In this document: one piece after another, positions 12,751 to 25,794 of the stretch
Position numbering within the stretch: position 1 is the first letter of the stretch
How the letters are laid out: each line of letters begins with the position of its first letter
The notes under the pieces: generated by a model
Told to the model about the DNA's origin: nothing
What the model saw: the letters and a program-made list of their open reading frames with translations, nothing else
Database searches by the model: none
Source: Camelus ferus
Lineage: Eukaryota
Direction of reading: 5' to 3'
DNA length: 64,000 bases
NCBI RefSeq assembly: GCF_009834535.1
Contig: NC_045696.1
Location: 14,510,001-14,574,000 of the forward strand
Position numbers and translations under genes: made by a program

Positions 12751-13637
12751 TTAGACTAGACCTGTCAAAATTTCTTTTAGCATGGGTTTAGTGTTGCTAA
12801 ACTCTTTTAGTTTTTGCTTGTCTGTGAAGTTCTTTATCTCTCCTTCTATTCTAAAGGATAGCCTTGCTGGATGGAGTATCCTAGGCTGCATCTTTTTTTC
12901 ATTCAGGATTTTGAATATATCTTGCCACTCTCTACTGGCCTGTAGTATTTGTGTAAAGAAATCAGCTGAGAGCCTTATGGGAGTTCCCTTGTAACTCACT
13001 CTTTGTTTTTCTCTTGCTGCCTTTAGGATCATTTCTTTTTCCTTGACTCTGGCCATCTTGATTATGGGTCTGTTTGGGTTCTTCCTGTTTGGGACCCTCT
13101 GAGACTCCTGTACTTGGATATCTGATTCCTTCTTTTGGTTTGGGAAGTTTTCAGTCATGATTTCTTCAAATACCTTTTCAATCCCCTTTGTTCTTTCTTC
13201 CCCTTCTGGAACCCCTATTATGTGTAGATTGGCATGCTTTATATTATCCCATAGGTCCCTTATATTGTTTTCATTGTTTTTTATTTGTTTTTCTCTCAGC
13301 TGTTCTGATTGGGTGCTTTCTGTTGTCCTGTCTTCTAGGTCACTTATTCGTTCCTCTGCATTATCTAGCCTGTTTTGTGCAGCCTTTAGGTCAGCTCTCA
13401 TCTCAGCAAATAAGTTTACTAATTCTACTTGGTTCTTCTTTATAGTTCTATTTCATTTTTGACATATTTTATATCTCTAAACACTATTTCTTTTAGTTTC
13501 TTCAGTACTTTGATTGCTCATTTTTTGAAATCTTGATCTAGTAGGCCATCAGTGTCTATTTCCTTGATCGTGCTTTCAGGGGATTTCTCTTGATCTTTCA
13601 ATTGGGGGTGGTTCCTCTGCTTCTTCATATTGCTCAT
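12751..13637 (-). pseudogene. ORF1: LINE-1 ORF1p (RNA-binding chaperone), disrupted
   Basis: MSNMKKQRNHPQLKDQEKSPE...; in-frame TGA at 13518-13520 and a 1-nt frameshift near 13445, then an open 216-aa C-terminal part with coiled-coil, RRM (NLHIIGVPEGEE, IMTENFPN) and CTD motifs (ILKAAREK, KGTPIRLSADF, PARLSFRIEGEIKNFTDKQKLKEF). Confidence 0.93.
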
Positions 13638-14835
13638 ATCTCTCTGGCACTGTGGCTTAAGGAGTATTAGTCATCTAGTTCTCCTGGAGACGGTGTGCTC
13701 TTAATGATTTTATTGAGAGGTCTTTGTGTCTTCGCCCCATATCGTGGACTCAACTTGGTATTTCCAGAGGCCCTCTGTTGGCGCCCTTGTCTGTGCTGCT
13801 CCCAGTGGCTGTCGGCTAGCAGATCACACCCCCTCCCATCACCGTGGTCAGGTGCTGCATCCCTGCCAGGAAGGCAGGTGGCCGCCCACCCTTTCCCAGT
13901 GCCAGTCACTCCGCTACTCTATGCAGCTGCCTATTGCACCTTGGGTCAGTGCTCCAAAGGCAAGCTTGTGGAAGACTGCTGAACAGCCCCATCCCTGCTC
14001 TGTGCCAAATCTCAGCTCCTTGTTTTTCTTGGTGGCGTGAGTTCTCTGAGGTGCCAGGGCAGAAAGATCCCATCTGCCTTGGGCTGTAAATAATGCCTAG
14101 GAGGTTGCAGAGCCCCCAGGTGCTGATTCAGGTATCAGCCCCAACCCCACCCAGGTGCTGGTCACAGAAGGAGATGGCGGCTGTGGCTGCGCCCCACCTC
14201 TCTTCTCACTTGAAGTGCCAGTAATGGCGCCATGGGTCTGAGGAGACAAAGGCTATGATGTCCCTCCCTCCAGGGCACACCAGCCGTGTTGCTTTGCTTT
14301 TCTCACAATTTATGAGTGACTGAGGTGGTTCTGCTCCATATCCCCTCCCAGCCACGGTGTGCAGCACCCTGCAGTCCCCTGGGGCTGCCTCAATGCAGCC
14401 GCCCCCATCCTCCACCTGGCTTGGGCGGCCTGTCCCGGCCCCCAGCTGCTGGCTCGCATCTCAGGCTGGGTGTCGTGGGGACACTCTGTGCCCATTTAAC
14501 TCAGTTCTGTTGTTAAAGGGGTGCTCGGGGCAGATCTGAGCCTCGGAGGCTCCCCCTCTGTCCCGCTGACCTCTCTGTTGGAGAGGGGAGACCCAGCAAA
14601 TGAGTGCCAGTCCTCCTTTGTCGCTCTCTCCCTGTGGGATTGGTCCTGCACTGTTTTACTTTTCCTTTTCTCCAACCAGATTTTTGGCATCTTTGTCTTT
14701 CGAAGAGGGCAATGTTCTGTCAGATTTCGGCAGGTGCTCTGGTTGGCAGAGTAGGTCCATAGATGTGAGTTTTGGTGTATTTGTGGGAGAGGGTGAGCTA
14801 CAAGCATCCTTCTACTCTGCCATCTTGCTTCTCTC
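13638..14835 (-). promoter_or_regulatory. L1 5' UTR internal promoter with a YY1-type motif (CAAGATGGC, 14819-14827) at the 5' end
   Basis: GC-rich ~1.2 kb between the ORF1 ATG and the TSD; CAAGATGGC about 9 nt from the element start, as is typical of mammalian L1. Confidence 0.8.
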
Positions 14836-15058
14836 GAGAAGAGTATTTCTCGTACTGAAAATTTATCCTTTAGAACTACTTCTACTTCTTAGATCTACAG
14901 AGGAAGCTGACTCAAATAATTGAATCATGATCACCTCTTTTAAATTAAATATATGCATGGCTTTTGCATCAATGTTCTGATTTAATTAGTCCGAGTTTGT
15001 TTAACCATTCTTCATAGGACATGCTGTTGAAATCAGTATTCCTGATCTTGCCATTCCC

Positions 15059-15062
<4 letters not shown>

Positions 15063-15113
<51 letters not shown>
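15063..15113 (+). repeat. (CA)~25 microsatellite
   Basis: Perfect CA run. Confidence 0.97.
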
Positions 15114-15115
<2 letters not shown>

Positions 15116-16137
15116 TACTGAGAAGTGAAGTTAAATACTGGATAAAATCTGAAAAGTGCATGGTGTGAAGGTGCTAGCTTCTATATTTCTACAAAGCCCT
15201 AAGGTTACTTAGGCTTTTTTGATGGTTGTAACACTATTCAGTCACAGTGAGCTTTTCCCCACATTTTTTGCTTGAAATGTTCTCTTGTTGAATCATGTCT
15301 CTTTTTACATGTAACATTGTCTTAATCTGAGTCTGTGATGTGGGCTGAACCTGGATCTAGGTTTCCAGATGGGTAACACTGTACACGTGGACACTGAGCC
15401 TGAGAACTAGCTGGGAGACATTATTTCCCCCCTAGTAAATATGTTAATCAGATCATCAATGTCTTCATTAATTCCTGATTTAAAATAATTGAAAGGACAA
15501 GGTAAAGCATAAAGTCCCGAGACATATCCTTTGAAGTCTATATCAGATGATATTGTGAAAGACTGATGGATACACTTTGGAAATATAAGTGCGTAACATT
15601 TTGTGTTGATGTTCTCAGCTGGTAGAGAGGTGTCAGTATCCCTGCAGGGAATTTAAAACATACACATTTCTTTCAGACCCTAGAGGACAGAAAGTCTCCC
15701 TCAGAATCTGAGTAATTTATGTGGAATGAGAAAATGGTTTGATCCTAGGTATTTTTCTGTTCAAATTTATTCATTCATCTAAGTGGTTGAGGTCTTACGA
15801 TATGTCAAATCCTACCCTAAAGTCAATATTATGTGATGAGGGAAAAGATCATCTTTTCATCAAGTTAATGTTTTTATGACACCCCAGATTGTAGGGAGGA
15901 TTTTCCCTTAATTTAGGGCCAGGCAGATGCTTAAATTAAACAGAATTAAATGTGTGTGATTACTCATCACCTCTAAAAGGAACTACTCTCATTGATTTTT
16001 AACCTGAAGACCTCTCATTCTCTGTTTTATCCCTCTTTTGAGAAAGTTGTAGATCTCTACAAAGAAATAATTCTTTACACTGTAAAACTGCATGAATGAT
16101 GAGAAATGACAGCTGACAGGTTGAGAATTGAAGAATA

Positions 16138-16412
16138 TTAGGGAGTGGTGGGGACTGTGGTAAACAGACAAGCACATTCTTTTCTTGTTGGAGAGTCATT
16201 CCATCCATCTAGCCAACTGTTGTCACATAGGAATGTGAGCCCAGTGTTGCCAGATCTTTCAGTTTCTTCAGCAGAAACCAGAAATCTGGGGGTTTTTATG
16301 TGAAATTTCCCAGTTTTAAATGTTGGTAACATTTTTTAAAACAGTATAGGAGCCAAATAAAACATAGCTGTGGGCCAGGTTCAGCTCTCAAGTTGCCAGT
16401 TTGAAATCTCTA
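16138..16412. mobile_element. MER102-like hAT-Charlie DNA transposon
   Basis: tagggagtggtggggactgtgg...cccagtgttgccagatc...ttttatgtgaaatttcccagttttaaatgttgg...gccaaataaaacatagctgtgggccagg...gccagtttgaaatctct. Confidence 0.8.
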
Positions 16413-17624
16413 TTCTAGAGACATCAAGCTGGAGCTTGACTGAAAAAGCAACCTGCCCAGTAACGTTGCTCCCTGAGGACCTATGGCTCTTAACAGAAAC
16501 AGAACCTTGATAAACCTTCGCTGGCACCCTGCCCTTCTGCATCCTGATTCTGAAGGTGGCAAGCCTGATACATTCCCTTAGGGAGTCTCACTGCATAGAA
16601 TTTCACCATTAACTTTCCCACCAGACCATGAATTCCTCAAGAGAAGGGAAAGACTTTGTTCATGAGCAAATCATATGGTTAAGTGAGGCAGGCTAATTGC
16701 CATGGATGAACCTCATTGACCAAAAATTCTACAAGAGCATTTCCAACACTTCTTTCCCCAATTTTGAGAAACTACGCCCTTGAAATGCTGACTTACATTT
16801 TTTTTTTTTAATGTTGAGAGTGAGAGATAATATTTGATCTTTTGACTAAGCAGTCCTTCTAACTCAAAGGAGGAATTAAGTCTTTACTGTTAAAGGCATA
16901 GCACAGTGGAGAATAGAAACAAATTGATAAGCTGTCCATGATCAGGAAATAGTTACTGAGGTTCCCCCAAAGTGCCCCAAAGCTATAGAAACAGAATCAA
17001 CCACACATGTTGTGGGGAGCAAGTGTCTCCTCAAAAGCCATCATGCATAAAAGGGACAGGTGTAGGTCAAAATCAGCACATGAGTCAGAGGTGCTGAGCC
17101 TCTTGGGTGGAAGTGGCATGTGTGCACTAACCAAAGCCATCTTGCATATGAGACTCAAGGCCACCATGGATCTGTTCCTGCAACTCTGGACTGCTGGCTC
17201 TCCTCTGAGACTACTCCAGAGACAGGTCTGAAATGAGCCCCTCTGTCACTGCCAGATTCTCCAATCTTCCGTTTCATGCCACTCCCAGAAATCCCAGTGA
17301 GGACCTTGGACCACATACACATTTAAAAAGAACACTGAAAGAAGAAACCTAATAAATGCCAAGGAGTTACTTATACAAGATAGGCTTTTGGGTAATCACA
17401 TCTAGAATTGTAATTTGGGGCTAGTATCATTTTAGGAAAACAATTCTGAAATCAATGTCATAGTAATAACTATTATTTATAGAGTTGGGGGCCATATATG
17501 TCAGATATTATTCAGCTGTTACTTTGTTGAATCCTCACCACAAAAGTGATCAAGGACAATTTATGTGCTGGATGTGTGACATGTGTTAACTACTTACTAC
17601 CCACCAAAAAATAAAATAATCAAA

Positions 17625-17770
17625 AAGCTATTATTATTTTACTTAACATTTGAGGAAAATGAGACTTAGAGAGGTTTAAATATTTTGCATAAATATACCT
17701 TGCTGGTTAAGAGATTAAGTATGGGTTTGAACTCTACCTCTGTGAAAGTGGTGAGTTTTCTATCACACTA
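17625..17770 (-). mobile_element. MIR SINE
   Basis: gaggaaaatgagacttagagaggtttaaa...gggtttgaactc. Confidence 0.7.
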
Positions 17771-17869
17771 CAAAGTCTCTTTTGTTAGGGTCTAAAAATG
17801 TTAGTTTCACCTAGTGGTTTCTATTTAAGGAGCATCTCACCAGTCTTCCAATTGTCTCTATATACTCAT

Positions 17870-18780
17870 GTATAAATTAGGAATAATTTACTTCTGCAAG
17901 TCACAGAAAATCTAACATTGGATTAAACAATATAGCAATTTGGGTTTTGTCAGAAGCCAGTTCGAGACAGAGACTAGCATCAGAAGTTTTTAGAAGGAGT
18001 GTTCTCAGAAAGATCAACTTAGGGGATGTGAAGAAAGCAAGACTCTGGAGAGAGAGAGTTGGGCTAAGATTATTTATAACAAGACCTCAGCCGAACTTGT
18101 GGGGAGCTCCACACATGGGACCACTCTTCAGAGACAGTTATCCTGTGCTGAAGGGAGATACCCAGGTATGTGCACTCACATCAGCCAGGCACTGGGTATG
18201 GGCTTCTCTAGCAAGGGGACGTCTCCTCAGCAAGGAGGTGTTCTTCAGCAGACACGATTCCGGAAGAGAGCTTGACAGCCGAGAGATGTCAGCTCATACT
18301 CGTTTTAGCAGCTGGTAGAATCAATCCTTCGATCTTGAAGGGGGGATACAGACATCCCATCACCTCATTTGCCATAAATAAATAAATATCTTCATTTTCT
18401 CCCATATGACAAGACTAGATATTATTAGCTGCTAAGGTTTTTGTTCAGCCATTCAATAATGTTAGGACTTCTGCATATCTGCTTCTCTAGTCTTTATTTT
18501 TTTAATTTTTTAAATTTTTTTGGTCTTTCTTTATGATTGCAACGTGACAACTCCAGTGCCAGGCGTCAAGATAAGAGAAAAGTGTAATACACTAATCATG
18601 ATTCTCTTACCAAGACAGATAAAGTCCTCCAGCAGATGTACCTTTAATTTGTATAGTCCAAATTGGCCCAAATCTCAGGGCAAGGGAGATTGGCAAATTT
18701 CATAGTTCTCTGAAGGACACAGGGTTATCTTGATTGAGTTAGATTAATTTTATGAAGCTGGGCATATTGTTGCATGATAT
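17870..18780 (-). mobile_element. Old MLT1-type LTR split by an ERVL LTR
   Basis: ctgcaagtcacagaaaatctaacattggattaaacaa (17870-17930) appears to resume after ~18380 and runs to gcaagggagattggcaaa. Confidence 0.45.
17930..18375 (-). mobile_element. ERVL solo LTR, LTR16-like
   Basis: cagaagccagttcgagacagagactagcatcagaagtttttagaaggagtg...cctcagccgaacttgtggggagctc...ttcttcagcagacacgattccggaagagagcttgacagccgag...cttgaagggggg. Confidence 0.65.
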
Positions 18781-19339
18781 GGTTTATTAATAAGGGAAAA
18801 GGAGGGAATTAATATGTTGTAAGCAAAAAATAAGCAGTATTTCCGACAGGTCTTTTTATTCTTAGTTTGTAACCACACTGATCCCTAAACTGCCATATGC
18901 CTTAGAACCACAGACAGGGAATCTGAGTATTAGGGTCAGGAGAGGAAGGAGTCAAGGCTTGGAGAAGGGCAAGTACTACTCCGCTCAGCCTGGTGCTTTT
19001 CCCCACTCAGTCCCTCTGAATCTTTTGAATACACCTGACGATGAAGAATTAAGTTAGGATGGAACAGAGAATGGAGATAATACACGGAGGTTAGGGAAGA
19101 ATTCCAACCTTACATGTAAGAGGCAACAAAAAGAATGATGGGAGAAATCCAGTTATACCTAATGAGAACTTAACTGTGCTTTCCTTTATATCAGTGTCTG
19201 TTTGCACCATCAAGAACATTTAGCTTCTTCTTCGCTGTTTCTCAGTGCTGATGTGTATTGGCATTGACGCTGGACGAGAGTGCATCTGTGGTAAATTAGC
19301 TTAGTAAGATTTGGAAATGGGGTCACAGAGTCCTAGTAA

Positions 19340-19435
19340 TTTACGGCTGGAGAGACTGGAAATCGTCTCATGCAAACTCATCATTTCACACACAGGAAAC
19401 TGAGATCAAGAAGGGGCAAGTTGCTCAAAATAGAG
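19340..19435 (-). mobile_element. MIR/MIR3 fragment
   Basis: tcatttcacacacaggaaactgagatcaagaaggggcaagttgctcaa. Confidence 0.6.
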
Positions 19436-20364
19436 GTAAGAAATTTTTAAAAATCCTTTTTTTTTTTTTTCTTTTCCATTTAGCAACAGTGATGTGTTTT
19501 GCTGGTCTTGGATTTCTCTTTGGGCAAATTTTGACCAGAGTGTCATGGTCACACACACACAAAAAAGAAAATGATTCATTCGTATTCAGGAAAAAGAAAC
19601 GTAGATAGTTTAAGGAATTTTCACAAGATTGAAGTCTACTTCATGAGCCAAAAAAATCAAACATTAGAAGTACCACCTTTTGACAAAGTAATTACTTTAA
19701 AGTAATACTTGATGATTGTTGCTAAATTCGCAGAACAATTAACATGTTTCTGAATCAGCAAAATAAAACAGATACTTCAGCAAGCATCTATTTAACTTGG
19801 TGATGTCCCAACTGCCCAAATCTAAACATAGATTTCAATGGCAAAAGTTTGTTTAATGGGAAAATCTATCCAAAGAGAAACATTTGTTTCATCTGTAGTG
19901 GGGAAATAGCCATCTGCTATTAGGTTAGCACAGAGAGCCAAGAGTTTTGCAAAAATTTCCACTGGCTGGTTGTCGCTTGTGATCCAAGTGAGGGAATTAT
20001 TTGAAAAAAAAAAAATTCAATGGGGGTGGGTCAGTCACTTAAAAATGCTACTTTGGCAAAAATTTAATGAGTATTGGGTAGTTCAATACGTAACACTTTT
20101 CTGTTATTGGATGTGTTACATTTGGGAGTGTAAACAGAGCAGCATGAGCGAACTGGCATAGGCGAAGTGTCTTCTACATGGCAACATCATTTGCAATTGT
20201 GACTATTTTCAGATAGACTCTTAAGACGTGTGAAGATTTTTAGACTGACTTTTAGCTTACATTAATTAGCAAGCCATCCAAATTATTACTTTTCTTCTGC
20301 AGTAATTGCTTCAAAAATATGTATTAAATCCGATCAAAAGTTTGTCATAAAAATGTATGTTTAA

Positions 20365-20475
20365 GAGGGGACTCTAGAACTATTGTTGGTAAAACTTCCT
20401 CATTTTAAAAATGAAGTAACAAAAGCCAGATAGGGTAAATGACTTTGGCAAGACAACAGAGTTAATCAATGGTAA
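20365..20475 (-). mobile_element. MIR fragment
   Basis: cctcattttaaaaatgaagtaacaaaagccagatagggtaaatgactttggcaagac. Confidence 0.6.
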
Positions 20476-20877
20476 GCTTCCAGAACTTTCATTACATTTC
20501 ATTTGTCTGTAAAGAAAGACAGGAGGCTCCTTCAGGCTGTACTGTCTTAACATAGTCTATAAAATTAGACTACTCATTGAACCAGCATGGTTCTTATTTG
20601 CAGAACAGGACAGTGTATGAGACACAGACCAAGGGATAGCTATTCAAAATTCACATATATCCTAAATTGCCATCAGAGACTCACTTCCCAGCTAAACTGA
20701 GATTATTCAACCTAAGTGTAAACAGTATGCTACATATGCAAAGAAAGCTCAAAGCCGAGTTCCCCCTCCACTCCTTTCCAACAAAATGTCACCTTGGGGA
20801 TGTCCCTTCCCCCCATGCAGAAGCATCGCTGTTTTCAACATCATCCAAATCGACTTCTCTCATTTTTGTTGCCTAAA

Positions 20878-21190
20878 CTAGGGGTCAAAATACTGGTGGC
20901 CTGCAGGCCATATGAACCACATAGATGTGTGTTGTTTTGGCTCATAAAAGGAATCAAAATTTAAATTAGAATGATTTATCTTTAATACACAGAATTCCCT
21001 ATTCTGAAAAAAAAAGAAATTGAGGAATCTCATCTACATGGTTACAAGTGGTGAGAACCTCATAGGCCTTCCTTCCCTCCTTGAACAGCCCAAGCCCATT
21101 CTTGTTTCCCACCAAGGCCCATGGCCCCTGCTCCAACAGTCTGTGCAAATGAAATCAATACTAGTGTCAATTGTTTGCCTTAGTGACTTA
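20878..21190. mobile_element. hAT-Charlie MITE (MER102-related), opposite orientation to the 16138 copy
   Basis: aggggtcaaaatactggtggcctgcaggccatatgaaccacatagatgtgtgttgttttggc. Confidence 0.5.
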
Positions 21191-23390
21191 TGCTTTAGAT
21201 ATTCTCTCTACAGAAGTGTTTCAATATAAAAGCATCATTTGGGATTAAGTGTGTGTATGTGCTATATCGTTTACCTCTATATAACTCAGATTTATTTCTA
21301 TTAGACATGAAATTAAAACAAAGGATTTCAAGAAAAGGAAAAAAAGGACACACATAGGAGAGAAACAGAAATGCTATACAATGTAGAGGTTTCTTATACT
21401 TATCAGAGAGGTAAATAACATACTTCAAAAGACCTTAAAAACAGAACTACATGAAGCACACTTCAATTATTGGGGTTCATATTGTCCATTTTGAATTATC
21501 AAGGTATTTCCCAATATGTGTACTATGTCTGTATACAACTAAAATCTTCAGGGGTTAAAAAAAAGAATACAGGGGAATTTAAAATCTGAATAGAGCAAAT
21601 TTTGCATATTGCCTCTAGCACTTAGAGGCAAAATGAAATTCAGTAATGTGCAAAGATTTCTTGGGACTTCTGGTAGAAAATGAGGTATTGACATAATAAA
21701 AATCAAGGCACTGTATAATTAAATTAGATTTTATTAAAGTGATTCTAATATTCTGGTTCTTACTCATTCAAATTTTATTTCTTTTAGCTCTAGTTAGAGA
21801 TGGATTACTTATAATAGTAATTAATTCAAATAAACTTGTTCTTTCCTCTTATAATTTATAACTAAATTTTGTTTTCAAACACAAAGTCATCATAGAAATA
21901 GATTTCTTTGACTTAGGCATCTTCAGTACAGGATATATGTGATGTTTGTTGCTCATCAGTCATTATTTTATTATGAAATATAATGTAGGCTTAACCAAAC
22001 TTAACAAGAAGGAAACACTAGCACCAAAATTATTTTAAATGAAATATTTCATGACCTTTCTTAAGTATTGAGTTTATTAAACTGATAGGTAGAACTCTAT
22101 GAAATCACTGATTACAAAAAATAACTCCTCCAATCAGGAGAGAACTAGAAAGTTTCATTTATTCTCATTTCCCTACTCCCTTCTCTTCTCCCCAAATTAG
22201 ACAAGGCTTGACATGATTCATTTTTGAGTTTCCTGCAATTAAAATTTTTCTTTCCTTCTCTTTTTAATTATAAAATAATTAGGTAGAAACTCCAGTGCTA
22301 TTCTCTTCTATTTTCTGTTAAATCCCTTCCCTGACTATGTCTTTCATGGTGAGAAAAAAATTGTAATGGAGCATGGGGAGCTGTTTCCTGTCTCTCACAG
22401 TCTTCATGGTCAGTCTCTAGCATCAGTTGAAAAAGACACAGACATCTCAGACAACACCCATGCCTGACATTAAAATAAAACATTTTATGTTAAAATAGTT
22501 ACAAGTTTATTCCCCAATATTATAGTTAAAACCATGAGATTATTTTAATCAAGGGTTAGTCATGAAAACTGATGCTGCGAAAATCTTGAAGAGTAACATG
22601 ACCATGCGACAAGCCCAGTGCCAACATCAAAGCAAGCTAAGATATGGGATGTTGCCACTTGGAAAACAGCTTTCAAGTTTTCTCCATATACCACCCAAAG
22701 AAAAGTAGAGCAATAAAAAATAGATAGGCAATGATAAAAAAGCTGAATGAGTATCCCCCTTAGTGTAATATCTCACAAGGTTGAAATAATTTATTTTTAA
22801 AAGGCACCTAATGTAAATGCATTTCCACTGAAAATCTTGAGTCATTTATAAAAATTGACTGTGTATATTATAAAAACAACTAATACATATTATGGATTTA
22901 TGAGTTATATTTTGTAATATTCAAGTAAGTTACATATTTTTGTTCTTTCAGTAACTGGTTAAGTAAATATAATCATTATATTTATATTTGACTGTAGAGA
23001 TGAAATAATTGGAAATAATCATGTACTGTGAAGGTCTAGCCATGGAACAAAAGCTATGGGAACGACTTACTGTTTGTAAATAGGTGGTATGACAATTTCC
23101 TATAAAACAACTTAGACTCAGGCATGAGCATGTGGAATAACTTATTAAATGCCCTAGCATATTTATGTTCTATTCTTTCTTTCTTTGTAGTTCTGGTAAA
23201 TTTCAAATGCTATTGGATTTTGCTGTTGAATTAAAATGACTAAATCTCAATAAAACAACAAAAATACAACACTAAAATGATACTCAAAATCTTATTGTTA
23301 ATAGAAATTTTTGCTATATTTAGTTTCATGGTTCTTTCTTGCTTCTTCCTCACATCTCTACTTAACTTTTCCTTTAAAAAACTCACAATT

Positions 23391-24420
23391 TGACTTTAGA
23401 CAATACTACAAAGCTACAGAAGTCAAAACAATATGGTACTGGCACAAAAACAAACATAGATCGATGTAACACAATAGAAAGCCCAGAAATAAACTCATGC
23501 ATTTATGGTCAATTATTCCATGAAAAAGAAGATGAGAATATACAATAGAGAAAAGACAGTCTCTTCAATGAGTGGTGTTTGGAAATCTGGACAGCTACAT
23601 GTAAAAGAATAAAATTGCAACATCCTGTAACACTATGTACAAAAATGAACTTAAAATGAATTATTGAATGTAAGTCCTGAAACCATAAAACTCCTCGAGA
23701 GAAACATAGGCAGAACACTCTTTGATATAAATGGTAGCAATGTATTTTTGGATCTGTCTCCTAAAGCAAAGGAAATAAAAGCAAAAATAAACAAATGGGA
23801 CCAGGTTAGACTTAAAAGCTTTTGCACAGCATAGTAAACCATCAACAAAACAAAAAAGACAACCTACAGAGTGGGAGGAAATATTTTCAAATGACATGGC
23901 CAATAAGGGGTTAATACCCAGACTATATAAGCAGCTCATACAACTCAACATAAAAAAAAAAGAATAAAAAATAGGCAGAAAACTTGAATAAACATTTTTC
24001 CAAAGAGGACACGCAGATGGCCAAAAAGCACATGAAATGATGCTCAACACTGCTAATCATCAGGGAAATGTAAATCAAAACAACAGTGACATACCACCTC
24101 ACGCCTATTAGAATGGCTAAGCTCAAAAAGAATGCAAATAAAAAATGTTGGCAAGGATGTGGAGAAAAGGGGACACTGTGCATTGTTGGTGGGAATGTAA
24201 ATTGGTGCAGCTACTGTGGAAAACAGTATGGTGGTTTCTCAAAAAAGTGAAAATAGAACTCCCATATGACCCAGCAGTTCCACTCCTGGATATTTATCTG
24301 AAAGAAACAAAAAAGCTAATTTGGAAAGACACATGCACCCTAATGTTTATAGCAGCACTATTTACAATAGCCAAGATATGGAAGCAAAATGTCCATTAAC
24401 GGATAAAGAAGATGTGAGAT

Positions 24421-24482
<62 letters not shown>

Positions 24483-24510
24483 GAATACTACTCAGCCATA
24501 AAAAGAAGGA
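23391..24510 (+). mobile_element. LINE-1 ORF2 3' region, lacking 3' UTR and poly(A)
   Basis: tactacaaagctacag...tggtactggcacaaaaac...; ORF-track peptide [17 protein letters not shown]...PYDPAVPLL...CTLMFIAALFTIAKIWKQ; ends at ctcagccataaaaagaagga. Confidence 0.92.
24421..24477 (+). repeat. (CA)n microsatellite inside L1
   Basis: Visible CA run. Confidence 0.95.
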
Positions 24511-25560
24511 TTATCTCTTCAGCTGTTGATGAACCCTTGGGCTACTTACAGACTGGAGATATTATGAATAAAGATGCTAGAAGCACTTTTGTTCAGGTGT
24601 TTTGTTGGATATATTTTTATTTCTCTTAAGTAAATGCCTCGGAATGGTTATCCTGAGTCATACAGTACGTGTATTTTTAACTTTATTAAAAACTGTCCAA
24701 CTGTTTTCCAAAGAGTGTACCATTTTTCACTTCCAACAGAAATACATAAAATGTCTAGTTGCTAAACATGCTCTCCAACAGAAAGAACTTATGATCTATT
24801 GACTTATGACTGATCTTTTAAAACTTTTAGCAGTTCCACTCATTGTATGTGGTATCTCTCTGAGAAAATTTTTAAAATTCAACTTTATTGAGGTACAATT
24901 TTTATACAATAAAATGCATTGACTGCGGTTTGATAAGTTTCTCTGAATGCACATATCAGTGTGATAATCACAATCAAGAAACAGAGTGTTTCTGTCTCCT
25001 ACAAAGTTCCTTCATGCTTTTTTGTAGTCAACTTTCTCCACTCAACCCTGGCAACCACTGATCTGATTTCTGACAGTGGAGATTGGTTTTGCCTGTTCTA
25101 GATGTCATATACATGGAATCATAAAATGTATTCTTTTTTGTGTGTGTATCTGACTCCTTTCGCTCAGCATAATGCATTTGAGGTTTATCTATGTCATTTT
25201 GAGTATCAGTAATCCATTGCTTTTTATTTCCAGCTAGGATTCATGGCATGCTTATACACAATTTCTTTTCCATAGTAGTTGTTCCATTTTATATTTTCAA
25301 CAGCAATATATGAGAGTCCCCATTGCTCCAGAATCTCTGTAACACTTGAGTTTGTTAATTTTTTTTAGCCTTTTTAGTGTTTGTAAAGTCATTATCTCAC
25401 TATAATTGTAATTTCTGTCTTCCTAATGATACTGTGCCATCTTACTTCTATTTGTCACTGCATATTTTCTTCTGTGAAATATCTGTTCAATTTTTTGCCT
25501 GATTTTTGAACTGCTTGCTCTTATTAATCTATAAGAGTTCTATATAAATTCTATGTTTAA
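24511..25560 (-). mobile_element. Two tandem old L1M (L1MB/MC-like) 3' fragments
   Basis: ctgttgatgaac...tgaataaagatgct...actgttttccaaagagtgtaccatt; second copy starts aactttattgaggtacaatt at ~24881. Confidence 0.75.
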
Positions 25561-25794
25561 TGTTTATTGTTATTTCATAATGAGGAAAATGCCAGAATTA
25601 AATTTCGAAGTAAAATTTCAAATTATACAATTTATAGTAAAAACTAAACTTTGTGATACAGGCAAGAAACTAATACAATGAGATTAACATGCCTTTGTTT
25701 CCTTTTCTAAATGTTTCATTGTTAAATAAAAACATGACCATGGAGAAGAAGAAAAAAAGACGTTACTCAAAATGGAATGCAACTGAAGACATTT

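Larger units (their letters stand above)
11901..14835 (-). mobile_element. LINE-1 with full 5' UTR and ORF1, ORF2 almost entirely deleted, 3' UTR and poly(A); 13-bp TSD
   Basis: Exact TSD GAGAAGAGTATTT at 11888-11900 and 14836-14848; poly(T) at the left end; ORF1 protein; only ~120 C-terminal ORF2 codons (PLWKTVWRFLKRLGIDLPYD...KYHMRSLI); 5' start gagagaagcaagatggc. Confidence 0.95.

Noticed and set aside
13157..14923. Dense overlapping ORFs of 60-107 aa on both strands
   Set aside because: They lie in the GC-rich L1 5' UTR or antisense to ORF1; no homology recognised and no support for an ORF0-like product
15230..15600. Possible CR1/L3 remnant
   Set aside because: Only weak resemblance; cannot be supported by eye
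17947..18318. 123-aa ORF
   Set aside because: Non-ATG start, entirely inside an LTR16-like solo LTR
23509..24183. Several hydrophobic minus-strand ORFs
   Set aside because: Typical antisense frames of L1 ORF2
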